From a virus, in the IMG/VR virus record IMGVR_UViG_3300023210_000021, positions 1 through 64,000 of that record: 64,000 bases of DNA, one strand, 5' to 3'. Shown in pieces: positions 37,422-48,334 of this stretch. Made by a program: the position numbers and the translations under genes. Position 1 is the first letter of the stretch. Every line of letters starts with the position of its first letter. The notes below the pieces were generated by a model. It saw only the letters and a list, made by a program, of their open reading frames with translations, ran no database searches and was not told where the DNA came from.

Positions 37422-38189
37422 TTAAACATTTTTATTTATTAAGTAACCGTTTCTAAATTCACTTATGTCGTCTACGGTTTTTATTTCTGCCAATACCATA
37501 TGTTTTTCAAATATATCTTCCCCACCTCTTTCTATAAATACATCACTTTGTACTTCTTGTGGAAAAACTATACCTAAAAATTCTTCTTCTTTTGTAATGG
37601 CAGATAAACTAGTATTAAATTCTGTCCTACCATTAGTTTTATAATTAAACGTTGTCTTTTTATAACGATCATTATCACCCGTTTCAGGATCAATGTTATC
37701 AACATACTCGTTCAAATAGGTTGAATAATGTATTCCAGTATCTGTAATATCATTAGGATTTGCGCCTAATGTATAGTTTACTACATTATTCGATATACTA
37801 TCTACACCATCGAAAGTAAATTCTATATCATCCGCCATATTAATACCACTACTAAATGATGGCTTACTATTTAAAGGGTTAATAATATAACTCTGAACCT
37901 CTATTAAGTTTCCATCGTCTGTTGATCCAGTCACTGTAGACTCACCATTATAATACATACCAATAGTAACACCTGTTGGTCTACCTATACCTATGAAATC
38001 GGCAGGTGGTGTAGTTAATAATGGTGATGTTTGTATAAAAGGCATGTCAGTAAATAACCCCATATCATCAAACTTTTGTGTAAGAAATATTGATATGTTA
38101 AATGTTGTCGCAGTTAAAACACCATACGTTGATCCTGTCATCCTATCAATACTATTCTCCAATAATATTTTTCTTCTAATTATTTCCAT
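37422..38189 (-). CDS. Putative virion structural protein
   Basis: 255-aa ORF in the baseplate operon, with TGxT motifs. Confidence 0.7.
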   Translation of the reverse strand: MEIIRRKILLENSIDRMTGSTYGVLTATTFNISIFLTQKFDDMGLFTDMPFIQTSPLLTTPPADFIGIGRPTGVTIGMYYNGESTVTGSTDDGNLIEVQSYIINPLNSKPSFSSGINMADDIEFTFDGVDSISNNVVNYTLGANPNDITDTGIHYSTYLNEYVDNIDPETGDNDRYKKTTFNYKTNGRTEFNTSLSAITKEEEFLGIVFPQEVQSDVFIERGGEDIFEKHMVLAEIKTVDDISEFRNGYLINKNV

Positions 38190-39058
38190 TATTGTTGTTC
38201 GTTAGGGGCTATTTGATAAAACGTTATTGTGGGGGTACCTGTCGATACATTCCAGTCAACACCATTTTGTATGGTTAATTTCTCAAATGTATACTTATAA
38301 ACACCATTATCATTTTTTAAGATGCACTTTAAAAATAAACCACCATTCGATCCGTTAATGTCAGCCAACTGAATGTCGTTTATATCTGATGTTGTTTTAG
38401 TGTACAATGCAGATGTAATACCACTCATTGCATTACTGTAAGTCGCTGTCATATACATCTCATATTCTTGATTTGGCGCGTCGTCAATCAAATCTTGATA
38501 CCAATACATATGAAAACCCTGATGAATACTTTCGGGTTTTAATTGTGGATCACCTATTCTATAACTTATAGGTACGTTATCCGATTCTTTTACCTGTCCA
38601 GTGTCTTCTTTTTGATCATCACCTATTTGTGTGTAGATTGTACTAATTGTTAATAACTTATTGTTTTGGGTATTTGTGGAGTCAAAATATGATAAAGTTA
38701 AAAAACTATTCATTAACCTATTTGTTCGACAAAATACATCTGAGTCAGTAAAATCTATATCACCATAGTTAGATGGTGTTTGACTATATACTGGTGGTGT
38801 ATTATTGTTAAACATAGTTAATTGTAATTTAAATTCATCAACTACCTCCCAGTTACCATTTTTTATTATTGCAGGTTTAAGTCTAACCTTTTTATAATCA
38901 GTTATCGGATTTATTGACTTAACCACCTCATCCTTAACAAACTTATCCTCTATTAACTCCGAATTATCTACAGGTGTAAAATCTAACCTAATAGGGATAT
39001 TAATAGACGTATTATTTGTAGTCTTATCGTATCTTATTTCGTATTTCTTAACAAACAT
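38189..39058 (-). CDS. Putative virion structural protein
   Basis: 289-aa ORF translationally coupled within the operon. Confidence 0.7.
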   Translation of the reverse strand: MFVKKYEIRYDKTTNNTSINIPIRLDFTPVDNSELIEDKFVKDEVVKSINPITDYKKVRLKPAIIKNGNWEVVDEFKLQLTMFNNNTPPVYSQTPSNYGDIDFTDSDVFCRTNRLMNSFLTLSYFDSTNTQNNKLLTISTIYTQIGDDQKEDTGQVKESDNVPISYRIGDPQLKPESIHQGFHMYWYQDLIDDAPNQEYEMYMTATYSNAMSGITSALYTKTTSDINDIQLADINGSNGGLFLKCILKNDNGVYKYTFEKLTIQNGVDWNVSTGTPTITFYQIAPNEQQ

Positions 39059-41024
39059 TGCTTATATCTTTAACTGCAATTAGGCTAATGTCCGCACAAC
39101 CACCAGCGACATCTCTTTTTCCTAATTCATATTCCCCAAAGTACTCAACCATCCTAACCGTAACGTCTAAGTCAAATGGACCACTATCATTAGTAAATAC
39201 TTCTACTTCATCACCAACACTAACCACCGCACCAACAGCAGGTACCATACTAACTATTTGAACGAATTTTGGGTCACTTAATTTTATCGCCAACTCCGAT
39301 GAATCAGCAGGTAATGTATATGTTAAGTTAGTGTATACAAAATCACAAGGTGGATCTTGTCTCCTTAAATAAAATCTATTACCTAAAAATATGTAATGTG
39401 CGCCACTATCAAACGGATAATCAACACCAGCATTTCCTACATCAAAAATACCAATATCTAACAAGTCCCTCCATTTATAAACTTGTTCACCATTTGTTCC
39501 TGAATATGATAAAATTGCGTAATCGGGAATACCAACAGTATCTACTGGGTCACCATCTTCAATATAAGAAGAAAAATCTTTTATCTTTATTCTATAATGT
39601 GGTTTATAAACATACCCCTCTTTTTTATCGCTAAGTTCTTCTCTGAAATATGTATTAAATCTATGGTATATATCACTTAACACCCTTTCCTTTAATTCTT
39701 CTGTGTTATATTCCACAATATCACCAACAAACTCTGAATCTGTCTCGTCAATTGGGTTGAAGTATGTCTGATTAACATTAGGGTCCCCGAAACCTCTAAG
39801 GTTGTAGTTTATATTATTCTGGTTTGATGGTAGGAAATTAGGATTAGACTGATTAGCGGTTAAGAAACCAGGTGTTCTGTCCACCCAAAAAGGGTTTCCA
39901 TCCCCTTCATCATCCCAATATTGATCTTGTATTGTAGTTATGTCACTATCATTATCTATCTTTATGATTGTTAAATACAATTCTGATAGTGGTCTACCTA
40001 AATTATCCCTATAAATATCTGGATCAATATCAATATCTTTATTAAAATTAAAACCAGCTTCTTTATCACTATAAATATTTTCTGCGAAACCAGCAGGGAA
40101 TATTTCATAGTCTTTATCATCCGTTGTCATTGCGGAAAAAACCCTTAGATAATATGATGACTCAACATCATTTACCACCCTTTTGAATGTACACAACCCC
40201 AAATTAATTTCTATTTCTAATGGGTTAATGTCAATAACAAAAATGTTGTCTTTATCATCATTTAATTGATCCCCTAACTTAAATACAGTAAAACTTCTTT
40301 CAGTTAGAGCCAACTCACCATTAGTTAAATCAGTAAACCCATATAATTTAACTTCATCCTCATCACTTAACCCATGATTAATTGGTGATTTGAATGCAGT
40401 ATAATTCCTGTCATTAAGAGATACCCTACCAATATTGACTATCGGAATACCCTCCGCTATTGTTACTTCATCATTACCATTAGTCACCAAAGAGATATCA
40501 TCCCTAGTATACGCTGGGTATGTTATTTTAAGTAAATAATTAGGTGTTCCCTCTGAATCTAAAAAACTTAAACGGTTATATCCAGGGTCAAAGGGAATAA
40601 ATTCACAAAGACTACTTTTATTATCATTAAAATCGGTAGCACTTTGTGAGAATTCTTGAGCTTGTTCTGGAACATTATCATAATAACCAAACCAACCATC
40701 TTCTTCCACTATATCAGGTGATTGTACAACCGCAGTTGTTCTTTGACCAAAAGTTACATTATCATCATCTTTATCAATAAAAATTTTTATATTGTCATTA
40801 TATAGTGCGTTACTTATAACTGGTTTAACTGAACCATAGAATCTGTACTTGTTAGATTCTTGCCTTTCTTTATCTGATTGTAATGACTGACTTATTACCT
40901 TATTAATTTTATTTAAAGGTAAAGGTCTAGTTGTATTATTTAACCATACGCTACTTTGTGAGTCTAAATTAACATCTTCGAAAGATTTTTCTTGTGTTAG
41001 TAATTTTTCTATTCTACCATCCAT
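39048..41024 (-). CDS. Putative virion structural protein
   Basis: 658-aa ORF in the baseplate operon. Confidence 0.7.
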   Translation of the reverse strand: MDGRIEKLLTQEKSFEDVNLDSQSSVWLNNTTRPLPLNKINKVISQSLQSDKERQESNKYRFYGSVKPVISNALYNDNIKIFIDKDDDNVTFGQRTTAVVQSPDIVEEDGWFGYYDNVPEQAQEFSQSATDFNDNKSSLCEFIPFDPGYNRLSFLDSEGTPNYLLKITYPAYTRDDISLVTNGNDEVTIAEGIPIVNIGRVSLNDRNYTAFKSPINHGLSDEDEVKLYGFTDLTNGELALTERSFTVFKLGDQLNDDKDNIFVIDINPLEIEINLGLCTFKRVVNDVESSYYLRVFSAMTTDDKDYEIFPAGFAENIYSDKEAGFNFNKDIDIDPDIYRDNLGRPLSELYLTIIKIDNDSDITTIQDQYWDDEGDGNPFWVDRTPGFLTANQSNPNFLPSNQNNINYNLRGFGDPNVNQTYFNPIDETDSEFVGDIVEYNTEELKERVLSDIYHRFNTYFREELSDKKEGYVYKPHYRIKIKDFSSYIEDGDPVDTVGIPDYAILSYSGTNGEQVYKWRDLLDIGIFDVGNAGVDYPFDSGAHYIFLGNRFYLRRQDPPCDFVYTNLTYTLPADSSELAIKLSDPKFVQIVSMVPAVGAVVSVGDEVEVFTNDSGPFDLDVTVRMVEYFGEYELGKRDVAGGCADISLIAVKDISNVC

Positions 41025-41028
41025 ACTT

Positions 41029-44000
41029 TTATGATTTATTTAAACAAGTTTTTAATAACGCACCTGCCGATTGTGGTGTACCACCTGGTTGTGTTGGGTT
41101 GGGTTCGTCTAAATCATCAATACCTGCTAACGTTTCTTCATCTATTTTATCTGCGAAGAATTTACCCACAGTCTTATGTAGTGCTGTTTTACCAGGGATT
41201 AACCCAAAGTAAAAATAATAAGGTGTTTGTGAAGTTCTAAAACTAACCCCCTCGACCGATTCATTAATACTATCAGGATCATCTTTTAATATTTCGGTGT
41301 TATGATTTATACCATAAATATATTTCCCATCCTTCATTTTACATAAATCTCCTGATGTAAACCCATTACCATCATTTATAGTGTCGCCTGACATAGGACC
41401 TAAATCAACCAGTAGATTTGGTGTATTGTCTGGAATCTCTGGGTATGTTTCGTATGTGTTGTCTCTATTAATTGTTGATGGTTGTGCATATGAAATATCG
41501 TGATTTGGATCTGTATAGGTACTGAACCTCCTACAAAAATAACCCCTAATTTCCTCGTCATGGTCGAATAACGATTCACATGTTTCCAATTCATGAGCTT
41601 GATCCGTTACATCATTTACTTCTATCCCTATTTGTGAAGAAACGACAACATTCTTGGGGTTGATGCACTTAGTAGCATTACACCCAAAATCAGCGTATGT
41701 CGTCACATTAATTGTACTTTTATCACCACCAGGTTGTTCGCTAATCTTAAATGTTGTAGGTTCTAACTTATCAATTAAAAATGGTTGATCGTCAATATCA
41801 CAGAATGTGCTACTCCCCAACTCAGTTATGTTTGTTGGGTATAATAAAGTTGATTTAAGGAATGGCCCATCGTATATTGCATTTAATTCAGCTCCGTTAT
41901 AGTCAGCGGTTGGTTTGTTAGGTATGATAGATGCATAATATATATTACCTTTTTCATATTTAATAATACCATGTGATATTTCCATTGTATTATACCCTAA
42001 CCCTAAATCCTCCTCTTTACAGGCGCAAAATGCAGAACAACCCTTAACTCCAGGTATACAAGTTCCCTTTGCACATGCTTTTAATTCTTCTTGCGTAGGT
42101 GGTGCCAAATCAAGATCCTCAGTAGAACCACTATCAGGTGTTGGTGGTGTACTCTCAGTATCAACATAACAATCCATATTAAGTTTAGTGAATTCTTTTC
42201 TTTCCACCAAGTAACTTGAATTACATATGTTTTGGTGATGGGCATGACCACCAATATTCTGAAATTGGGTAAAACCTAAATCTGTATTTTCATACTCCAC
42301 ATATTTTGGTTTTCCATGAATCTTGTTATATAGTCTATTATTAACACCATCCTGTAAAAATGGGTAATACCAAGGTAAAACCGCAGGTGGTGTTCCGGTT
42401 AGAAGAAAGATGGGGTTGGGAATTGGAAAAGTATTATATAGAAAAAAGGGTAACTCACCATAGTTATCTGTATTACTTAGTAAATACTTACCCTTACCAC
42501 CCTGTAAAGACACAGGTGGAATACCACCATTACCTGTGGGGGGGAGAGGATAGATTGGTGATGATGTCTCTGGTTGTTCAGGAACATAACAATTGAAATC
42601 ACAAAACTTATCTTTTTTAATTTGCCCGAATTTTTTCTTTCTTTTTTTAGTTTTAAATTTTCTTTTAATTAATGGGAAATATAAAGAACCATTTAACCAA
42701 TCATTATAAAAATCAAATTTTATTAACCCCAAGAACGCAGCAATTGCCTCTAATTTACATCTTACCCATTCATCAATAGGTGATAATTCTAAACCACCAC
42801 AAGTTGGGCAAGGGATTACTTGATTAACATTACAAGAGAGTGGTGCAAATGGTGTTGGAAACAATGTAGGGGTAATGAGGATTTCTTCTTTACACCTTAA
42901 TTTAATTAACGGAATTTTAACACAACAATCACTACAACAGCTATTTGCCCCACCCACATCTGCATCGTTATCATTAGGGTCACCATTGATTGATTCACAT
43001 GGTATCTCTTTATCGCCCGACCATTTTTTACACTTACTATTTGGGCACGGTGGGTTTGCATTTGGGTTATCGTTTTCATCCTTACATTCGTCACAACCCT
43101 GACCACACCCATAAGGATGATCATCAGGACCACAACAACCATGTCTATCATCATTCGGATCCGATGGTAGACATGATGAACAAAATACACCACCGAATAT
43201 ACATTTATATTTGATAGTGATGGTAGCGCACCTACATAAACCAATGCCTGCAATTTCTACATCTATTTGTGGTCCACCCGGTGGGGAACAATCTGAGGGG
43301 CAAACATTAAGACAAGTATCTTTTTCATCACCAGTTTTTATGTCATCCCATTTTCGATAAGACTGGGCACAACAACCTAAACCAGAAGCGGTTTCACATA
43401 GTGCCTTTGTTGTAAATAACACATTGTGTCCATCCGCGTCCGGTATACTACCATCTCCAGTAGTGGCCGCCCTGAGTTTCCAATCTTGACAATCACTATA
43501 CGAACCAAAATCTCCAACATTATTACAAACACCCCACACCTGATCATATGTTTGGTAATTTGTTATTATTTGAGATAAATCTGGTGTGTTGTCTGACACA
43601 GAACATTCTGCTCGGTTTATGGAAATTGTTGTTTCCGGAAATCCGTTGGCGACGTTGACGGGGTTATTTGTGTAATATTTTTCGGTAAGACTATGTGAAT
43701 AACTCCAATCTACTTTACCAGCGTTTAGTAATGTCCTACAGCTTTGGTCTAGCGTTTTTCGTTCTACTTTACGCCACCATTTTTTACTTTCACCTGCACA
43801 TTCTTTAAGGCAGAATTCAATACTACAAGGGATTTTTATCTGACATATCATGGTTAAAAAACCATTAAATAGATTTAATATACCATTAACCAATGCTAAT
43901 AGTATCCCAATAAAGGACAATAAAATACATAATAAAGTATATAACGGGTTTACGTTGGTGTCAATCCTATTAAATGGTATTTTATTAACACCGAAACCAT

Positions 44001-45420
44001 CACTAATATCTTTAAGACCTATGAAATTTCTATTCTCATCATTATCGTTTGGTTGGAATCTCCCTATATATTGTCTTACCGTATAAACTTTCTTCCACCT
44101 GAATGTAAAAAATTCTTTTAAATAATTATATTCATTTGCTGGGTCATCAGCAAAAGCAGTCGGTGTTAGTGAAGTTTGTTCGTTAATATCAAATATTGTC
44201 GTTCCTGTTCCAGCATCTTGAGCAAACTGAGCATCTCTCAATTCTGATCTATCAAAACTATCAAAATTGTAATTACCCAACATATTAGGAACTAACATCT
44301 TAGCTCTTGTTCTAAGTTTTTTATCATCGTTAGACTTATCCATAGATATTCTAAACCTAACATCAGCCTCTGTTGCAACACCCTTTATACCGTCTGGTGA
44401 AGGAATTAAACTACCATCTTCTTCGGTGATTACCTTCCTTAAATTCATTGGGACTTGAAAAGACCAATTTCCATTTTCATCAATTAAATCATCACCTAAA
44501 TCCCTATAAAATTCTATATCACCTTGTTGTGTTCTACGAATGATTTCAATATTACCCTCACCAGTAATTAATTCATTCATATTACCCATTTTCTTTCTAG
44601 GCCTACAATTTTTATTCAATGAGTCTTTTTCATCGTCACTAAATAAACCACCCATAAAAATTGCTGTGGGGTTTAATTCATAACTTTCTATAGGTATATC
44701 TTGTCTAGTAATACCAATCTCTCGACCTATATTAAGTGTATCACACCAAAATGGTTTTACAACTATAGGGATGGTTTCACTTATAACTTGAGTTAGTTGA
44801 TCAAGACTTCCACTTTTAAAGGTGAATTTATCTTGAAATCTTGATTCTGGTGCCCCCTGAGCAATTAATTCATATGGTCTTGCAGATAGAAACCCTATAT
44901 CACTTACATCTAAATCATAGAATAATTGTTGTTGACCATTGGGTACACCGAATAACATAAAATCACCAGCCTCATTTGTCTTTGTGGTGTATTTATAATA
45001 CTTCTCATATACCTCAATATATGTTTCATCATCTAAAACCTCTCTTTTTCCAGGAAACCCACCAACTGGTGTGTGATCGGTATGTTGTTTTCTATTTGGT
45101 AATAGGTTATACCTTAAACCATTTCTATTTTTATCTACCGTTGATTCATAAGGATATATTTCCCTTATTATTGCATTGTCTTTATCATCATCTGATATAG
45201 GGACAAATATTGATACCTTTACGTTGGGTAACCCGAAACCATCATTGACTGAAATTCTACCAGCGACTACCCCGTAGTTTGCACAAAAACTCTGATAAGC
45301 ATCTTCTTGCGTAATCTTTAAACTTAAAATTTCTAATAAGTCAAAGTCTTGCTCTAACTTTATCTTAACGTATTTATCGTCACTATTAGGTGTTGTTCTA
45401 ATTCTAATGGAACTTGACAT
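41029..45420 (-). CDS. Large structural protein with a hydrophobic helix and a very Cys-rich central region
   Basis: 1463 aa. LYTLLCILLSFIGILLALVNGILNLF followed by dense CC/CxxC/CxxxC motifs. Confidence 0.7.
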   Translation of the reverse strand: MSSSIRIRTTPNSDDKYVKIKLEQDFDLLEILSLKITQEDAYQSFCANYGVVAGRISVNDGFGLPNVKVSIFVPISDDDKDNAIIREIYPYESTVDKNRNGLRYNLLPNRKQHTDHTPVGGFPGKREVLDDETYIEVYEKYYKYTTKTNEAGDFMLFGVPNGQQQLFYDLDVSDIGFLSARPYELIAQGAPESRFQDKFTFKSGSLDQLTQVISETIPIVVKPFWCDTLNIGREIGITRQDIPIESYELNPTAIFMGGLFSDDEKDSLNKNCRPRKKMGNMNELITGEGNIEIIRRTQQGDIEFYRDLGDDLIDENGNWSFQVPMNLRKVITEEDGSLIPSPDGIKGVATEADVRFRISMDKSNDDKKLRTRAKMLVPNMLGNYNFDSFDRSELRDAQFAQDAGTGTTIFDINEQTSLTPTAFADDPANEYNYLKEFFTFRWKKVYTVRQYIGRFQPNDNDENRNFIGLKDISDGFGVNKIPFNRIDTNVNPLYTLLCILLSFIGILLALVNGILNLFNGFLTMICQIKIPCSIEFCLKECAGESKKWWRKVERKTLDQSCRTLLNAGKVDWSYSHSLTEKYYTNNPVNVANGFPETTISINRAECSVSDNTPDLSQIITNYQTYDQVWGVCNNVGDFGSYSDCQDWKLRAATTGDGSIPDADGHNVLFTTKALCETASGLGCCAQSYRKWDDIKTGDEKDTCLNVCPSDCSPPGGPQIDVEIAGIGLCRCATITIKYKCIFGGVFCSSCLPSDPNDDRHGCCGPDDHPYGCGQGCDECKDENDNPNANPPCPNSKCKKWSGDKEIPCESINGDPNDNDADVGGANSCCSDCCVKIPLIKLRCKEEILITPTLFPTPFAPLSCNVNQVIPCPTCGGLELSPIDEWVRCKLEAIAAFLGLIKFDFYNDWLNGSLYFPLIKRKFKTKKRKKKFGQIKKDKFCDFNCYVPEQPETSSPIYPLPPTGNGGIPPVSLQGGKGKYLLSNTDNYGELPFFLYNTFPIPNPIFLLTGTPPAVLPWYYPFLQDGVNNRLYNKIHGKPKYVEYENTDLGFTQFQNIGGHAHHQNICNSSYLVERKEFTKLNMDCYVDTESTPPTPDSGSTEDLDLAPPTQEELKACAKGTCIPGVKGCSAFCACKEEDLGLGYNTMEISHGIIKYEKGNIYYASIIPNKPTADYNGAELNAIYDGPFLKSTLLYPTNITELGSSTFCDIDDQPFLIDKLEPTTFKISEQPGGDKSTINVTTYADFGCNATKCINPKNVVVSSQIGIEVNDVTDQAHELETCESLFDHDEEIRGYFCRRFSTYTDPNHDISYAQPSTINRDNTYETYPEIPDNTPNLLVDLGPMSGDTINDGNGFTSGDLCKMKDGKYIYGINHNTEILKDDPDSINESVEGVSFRTSQTPYYFYFGLIPGKTALHKTVGKFFADKIDEETLAGIDDLDEPNPTQPGGTPQSAGALLKTCLNKS

Positions 45421-45423
45421 ATT

Positions 45424-45846
45424 TTAACCCTCTTTGGTACCCTCATTATACTCCTCAGTTTCAAATACTTCTATATCTAGTAACTCACTATCACCACTAT
45501 AGTCTCTATTCTTATTGAATTGTCTTTCTTTCTTTTTAATAATTCTATTAGCTTTAAATGTCGCATACTTATGAACGACATTTTCTATTAAATCACCAAT
45601 AACTTTCTGACCATCTCTTTTAGGCATAAAGAAATTTACAAATAACACATAAAAAAGTGTTATTGTTATTAACGGCCACGAAATAATAATTATTATAAGT
45701 GCCAATAATTTTAAAATAAAATTACCATTGAAATCTCCATTCTGAAGACTTTCAGGTATTAAACTAATATTAATATTTTCACTATCAGCACCACCACTAT
45801 TAGTGTTGTTTTTTGAACTTTTTCCTTTACATGTTGAACATCCCAT
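45424..45846 (-). CDS. Small membrane protein with an N-terminal MGCxxC motif
   Basis: MGCSTCKGK and a long hydrophobic stretch ILKLLALIIIIISWPLITITLFYVLFVNFF. Confidence 0.7.
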   Translation of the reverse strand: MGCSTCKGKSSKNNTNSGGADSENINISLIPESLQNGDFNGNFILKLLALIIIIISWPLITITLFYVLFVNFFMPKRDGQKVIGDLIENVVHKYATFKANRIIKKKERQFNKNRDYSGDSELLDIEVFETEEYNEGTKEG

Positions 45847-45900
45847 AACTTTTAATTTTTCTTAAAAAATACACCTAAAACCCCCAAAATAAAGCACACA

Positions 45901-47712
45901 TTACTTTATTCTTATTTTAATGTCCTTACTTGGTAATTTAACTTCGAACATTGCATTTGGTTGTCCGAATAATGTGTATTGACCTAACAAATCAATTTGT
46001 CTAGTGTCGGCATCAATATATGGTTGTGCAATTTCATTAACAGAATATTTACCATCAGCGACTTTATTATATACCCTTAAATCAACCACATTTAATACCC
46101 CACCGACATTATTAATATTTTCAATTAATTGTGCTAAGTAGATATTATCACCCATAAACCATTTGTTGATGTCCATGAAATCGGTGATACTATTAATAAC
46201 ACCCGTCATTATTTCAGTTTTAGAAACTGACTTATCTACAAATAAGTCTACCTCATAACCTAAGTTTATAATCTTTCCATCCTTAATTGTGACGTAATCA
46301 TTTAACATTCTATATTCTGCAAGATATTCTGCGATATTTTCTTTTAATGTTGATGTTGATTTATTTGTTAATTTTCCAGCACTATCTAATGATAAAGTAG
46401 TAACCTGTATTTTATTTCTTTCTTCCCAAACACCACACCTAAATGGTACACCAAACTTACCAGGCATTGCTGATATTCTACTCTGGTAATCTTTAATTGT
46501 GACTGATCTGTTTTGTGCCGAAAAATTGTATCTTATTAAATTTCTAATTTCTTCAATAGATGGTTGGTTTTTTCCTCCTATTGCAGGAATTGGGTTATTA
46601 ACCTTCAAACTATTTCTAACAGACTGGTTTATGGTGTTATCATCCCCATTAATAACTAAATTTACCGTACCTAACTTTGTTAATACACCTGACCCAATGT
46701 TACTATCTGACCCACCGCCAACTCTATACTTTATAAACATTGTGTTGTTTGTTGGTGGGATTGACCCTAACGATAGATTATTCGCAAAATCACCTATCCT
46801 ATCAATTTGACCTCTACACCCCACAAAATCATTTAGTGAGGATGTGTCGGTGTCACCAGCACCAAAGACTAACTTACAAAACCCATTATCAGTAAATTCT
46901 TTAATAAATCTTTGTGATGTATTTAACCATTTACCAGGTAAAATACTAGTATTGTCACTGACTTTATTAGTGTCCTCTATGAATACCTCAGCCTCTGCCA
47001 ATGCCATCATTTCGAACCACCTATTGTCAAATATTTGGAATTCTGATAGTGTTGGTGTTGAACTATAATTAGTTCCTTCTTTGGTTATAATACTATCTAC
47101 CGACAATACATTTGTATCTGGTAATACCATTTCCATAAATGGTTTATAATCTTCTGGTCTAATTACCTTTTTAAATATTTTTGTAAAACCATTTAAAACA
47201 ATTTCTCTTTTTGTTAATGTATAATTTTGAATAACCCCATTGGATATGTTGGGTATGATTAATCTGTTCGGTATCCCACCTATAGTAAATGGTGATGAAA
47301 AATCACAATCTTCTAACAACTCAAATACTTTACCCGACCCTGTTGCTTGTGACCCCTGATAAATAATAGGGGAATATGTATTATCAAAGGAATCCCCTAA
47401 TACTGGGACAACCACCGACCAGTCAACAATAGTAATACTTGGTCTTTTTCCTGGTATGTTTAACCCAAATGTTCTCGCTAACTCCAATACAGAAGATCTC
47501 TCTTGCATGTAATTAATTTGTGTCTCATTAAACATCCTGTCCGTATGAAATGATAACATATCACCCACCGCAGCGTTTAATTCTAATAACATCATCCCAA
47601 CAGATGCATCATTAAAGTCGTTAAAAATATCTGGGTAATATTGTTGAACGAAATTGACTAACTCCGATCTTACATCAGAGAAATTACGACTATTATAATC
47701 TATTTTCTTCAT
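45901..47712 (-). CDS. Baseplate wedge subunit (T4 gp6 / baseplate J-like)
   Basis: IDYNSRNFSDVRSEL, ERSSVLELARTFG, LVFGAG, YRVGGG, GG...SIEEIR, QNRSVTIKDY. Confidence 0.85.
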   Translation of the reverse strand: MKKIDYNSRNFSDVRSELVNFVQQYYPDIFNDFNDASVGMMLLELNAAVGDMLSFHTDRMFNETQINYMQERSSVLELARTFGLNIPGKRPSITIVDWSVVVPVLGDSFDNTYSPIIYQGSQATGSGKVFELLEDCDFSSPFTIGGIPNRLIIPNISNGVIQNYTLTKREIVLNGFTKIFKKVIRPEDYKPFMEMVLPDTNVLSVDSIITKEGTNYSSTPTLSEFQIFDNRWFEMMALAEAEVFIEDTNKVSDNTSILPGKWLNTSQRFIKEFTDNGFCKLVFGAGDTDTSSLNDFVGCRGQIDRIGDFANNLSLGSIPPTNNTMFIKYRVGGGSDSNIGSGVLTKLGTVNLVINGDDNTINQSVRNSLKVNNPIPAIGGKNQPSIEEIRNLIRYNFSAQNRSVTIKDYQSRISAMPGKFGVPFRCGVWEERNKIQVTTLSLDSAGKLTNKSTSTLKENIAEYLAEYRMLNDYVTIKDGKIINLGYEVDLFVDKSVSKTEIMTGVINSITDFMDINKWFMGDNIYLAQLIENINNVGGVLNVVDLRVYNKVADGKYSVNEIAQPYIDADTRQIDLLGQYTLFGQPNAMFEVKLPSKDIKIRIK

Positions 47713-47714
47713 AA

Positions 47715-48095
47715 TTAGAATGTTATATCGATAGTATCAGTAGATGAAAATACACCTTCGGTTATAGTATAAGAAAGTATTACCTTTATCGCCTCTTCTA
47801 CTTCTATATTCTCAAAAGTGATACTATCAATCTGTAGGTTTGGAATATATTTCTTTATTGTGTCATTTAAATTAGTTTTGATTTCTTCATGAGTAATTTG
47901 ATCATTCATTTCAAAAATGAATTTCTTTAAATCACTACCGAAATCTGGCATATACAACCTTTCACCTTTATTAGTTAATAAAAGGTGTAATAAATCAGCC
48001 TTTATTGCGTCTTTTGATGTAGAGGTTATGTCAACATAGAACCCTTCGTCACTATCCTTAAAAGGGAAGTTTATATTTATATATTTAGAAGGCAT
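47715..48095 (-). CDS. Baseplate wedge gp25-like protein (start corrected to MPSKYININFPF)
   Basis: IKADLLHLLLTNKGERLYMPDFGSDL is the gp25/GPW signature. ATG at 48095. Confidence 0.88.
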   Translation of the reverse strand: MPSKYININFPFKDSDEGFYVDITSTSKDAIKADLLHLLLTNKGERLYMPDFGSDLKKFIFEMNDQITHEEIKTNLNDTIKKYIPNLQIDSITFENIEVEEAIKVILSYTITEGVFSSTDTIDITF

Positions 48096-48330
48096 TTTTA
48101 TATTTCCATTTAAACCCACATGTGGTTTTTATTAACCCATCACGCATCATTATAATATTTTTTTTATTTTTTGTTTCTTCACTATGTTTTTCACCTACTC
48201 TATAAGTATTACCAATACTTATTTTACCTAAGCTATATTTAGGTTTTTTAGTGGTATTATCAATATACCTAACATTAGATATATCACCATTAGAAACTAA
48301 ACTATAAATATTAATATACTTTTCTTCCAT
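48085..48330 (-). pseudogene. Collapsed GIY-YIG / NUMOD3 / NUMOD1 homing-endonuclease relic
   Basis: NIYSL..VRYID (YIG changed to YID), GEKHSEETKNK (NUMOD3) and KTTCGFKWKY (NUMOD1/IENR1 end), all within 81 aa. Confidence 0.65.
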
Positions 48331-48334
48331 TACT

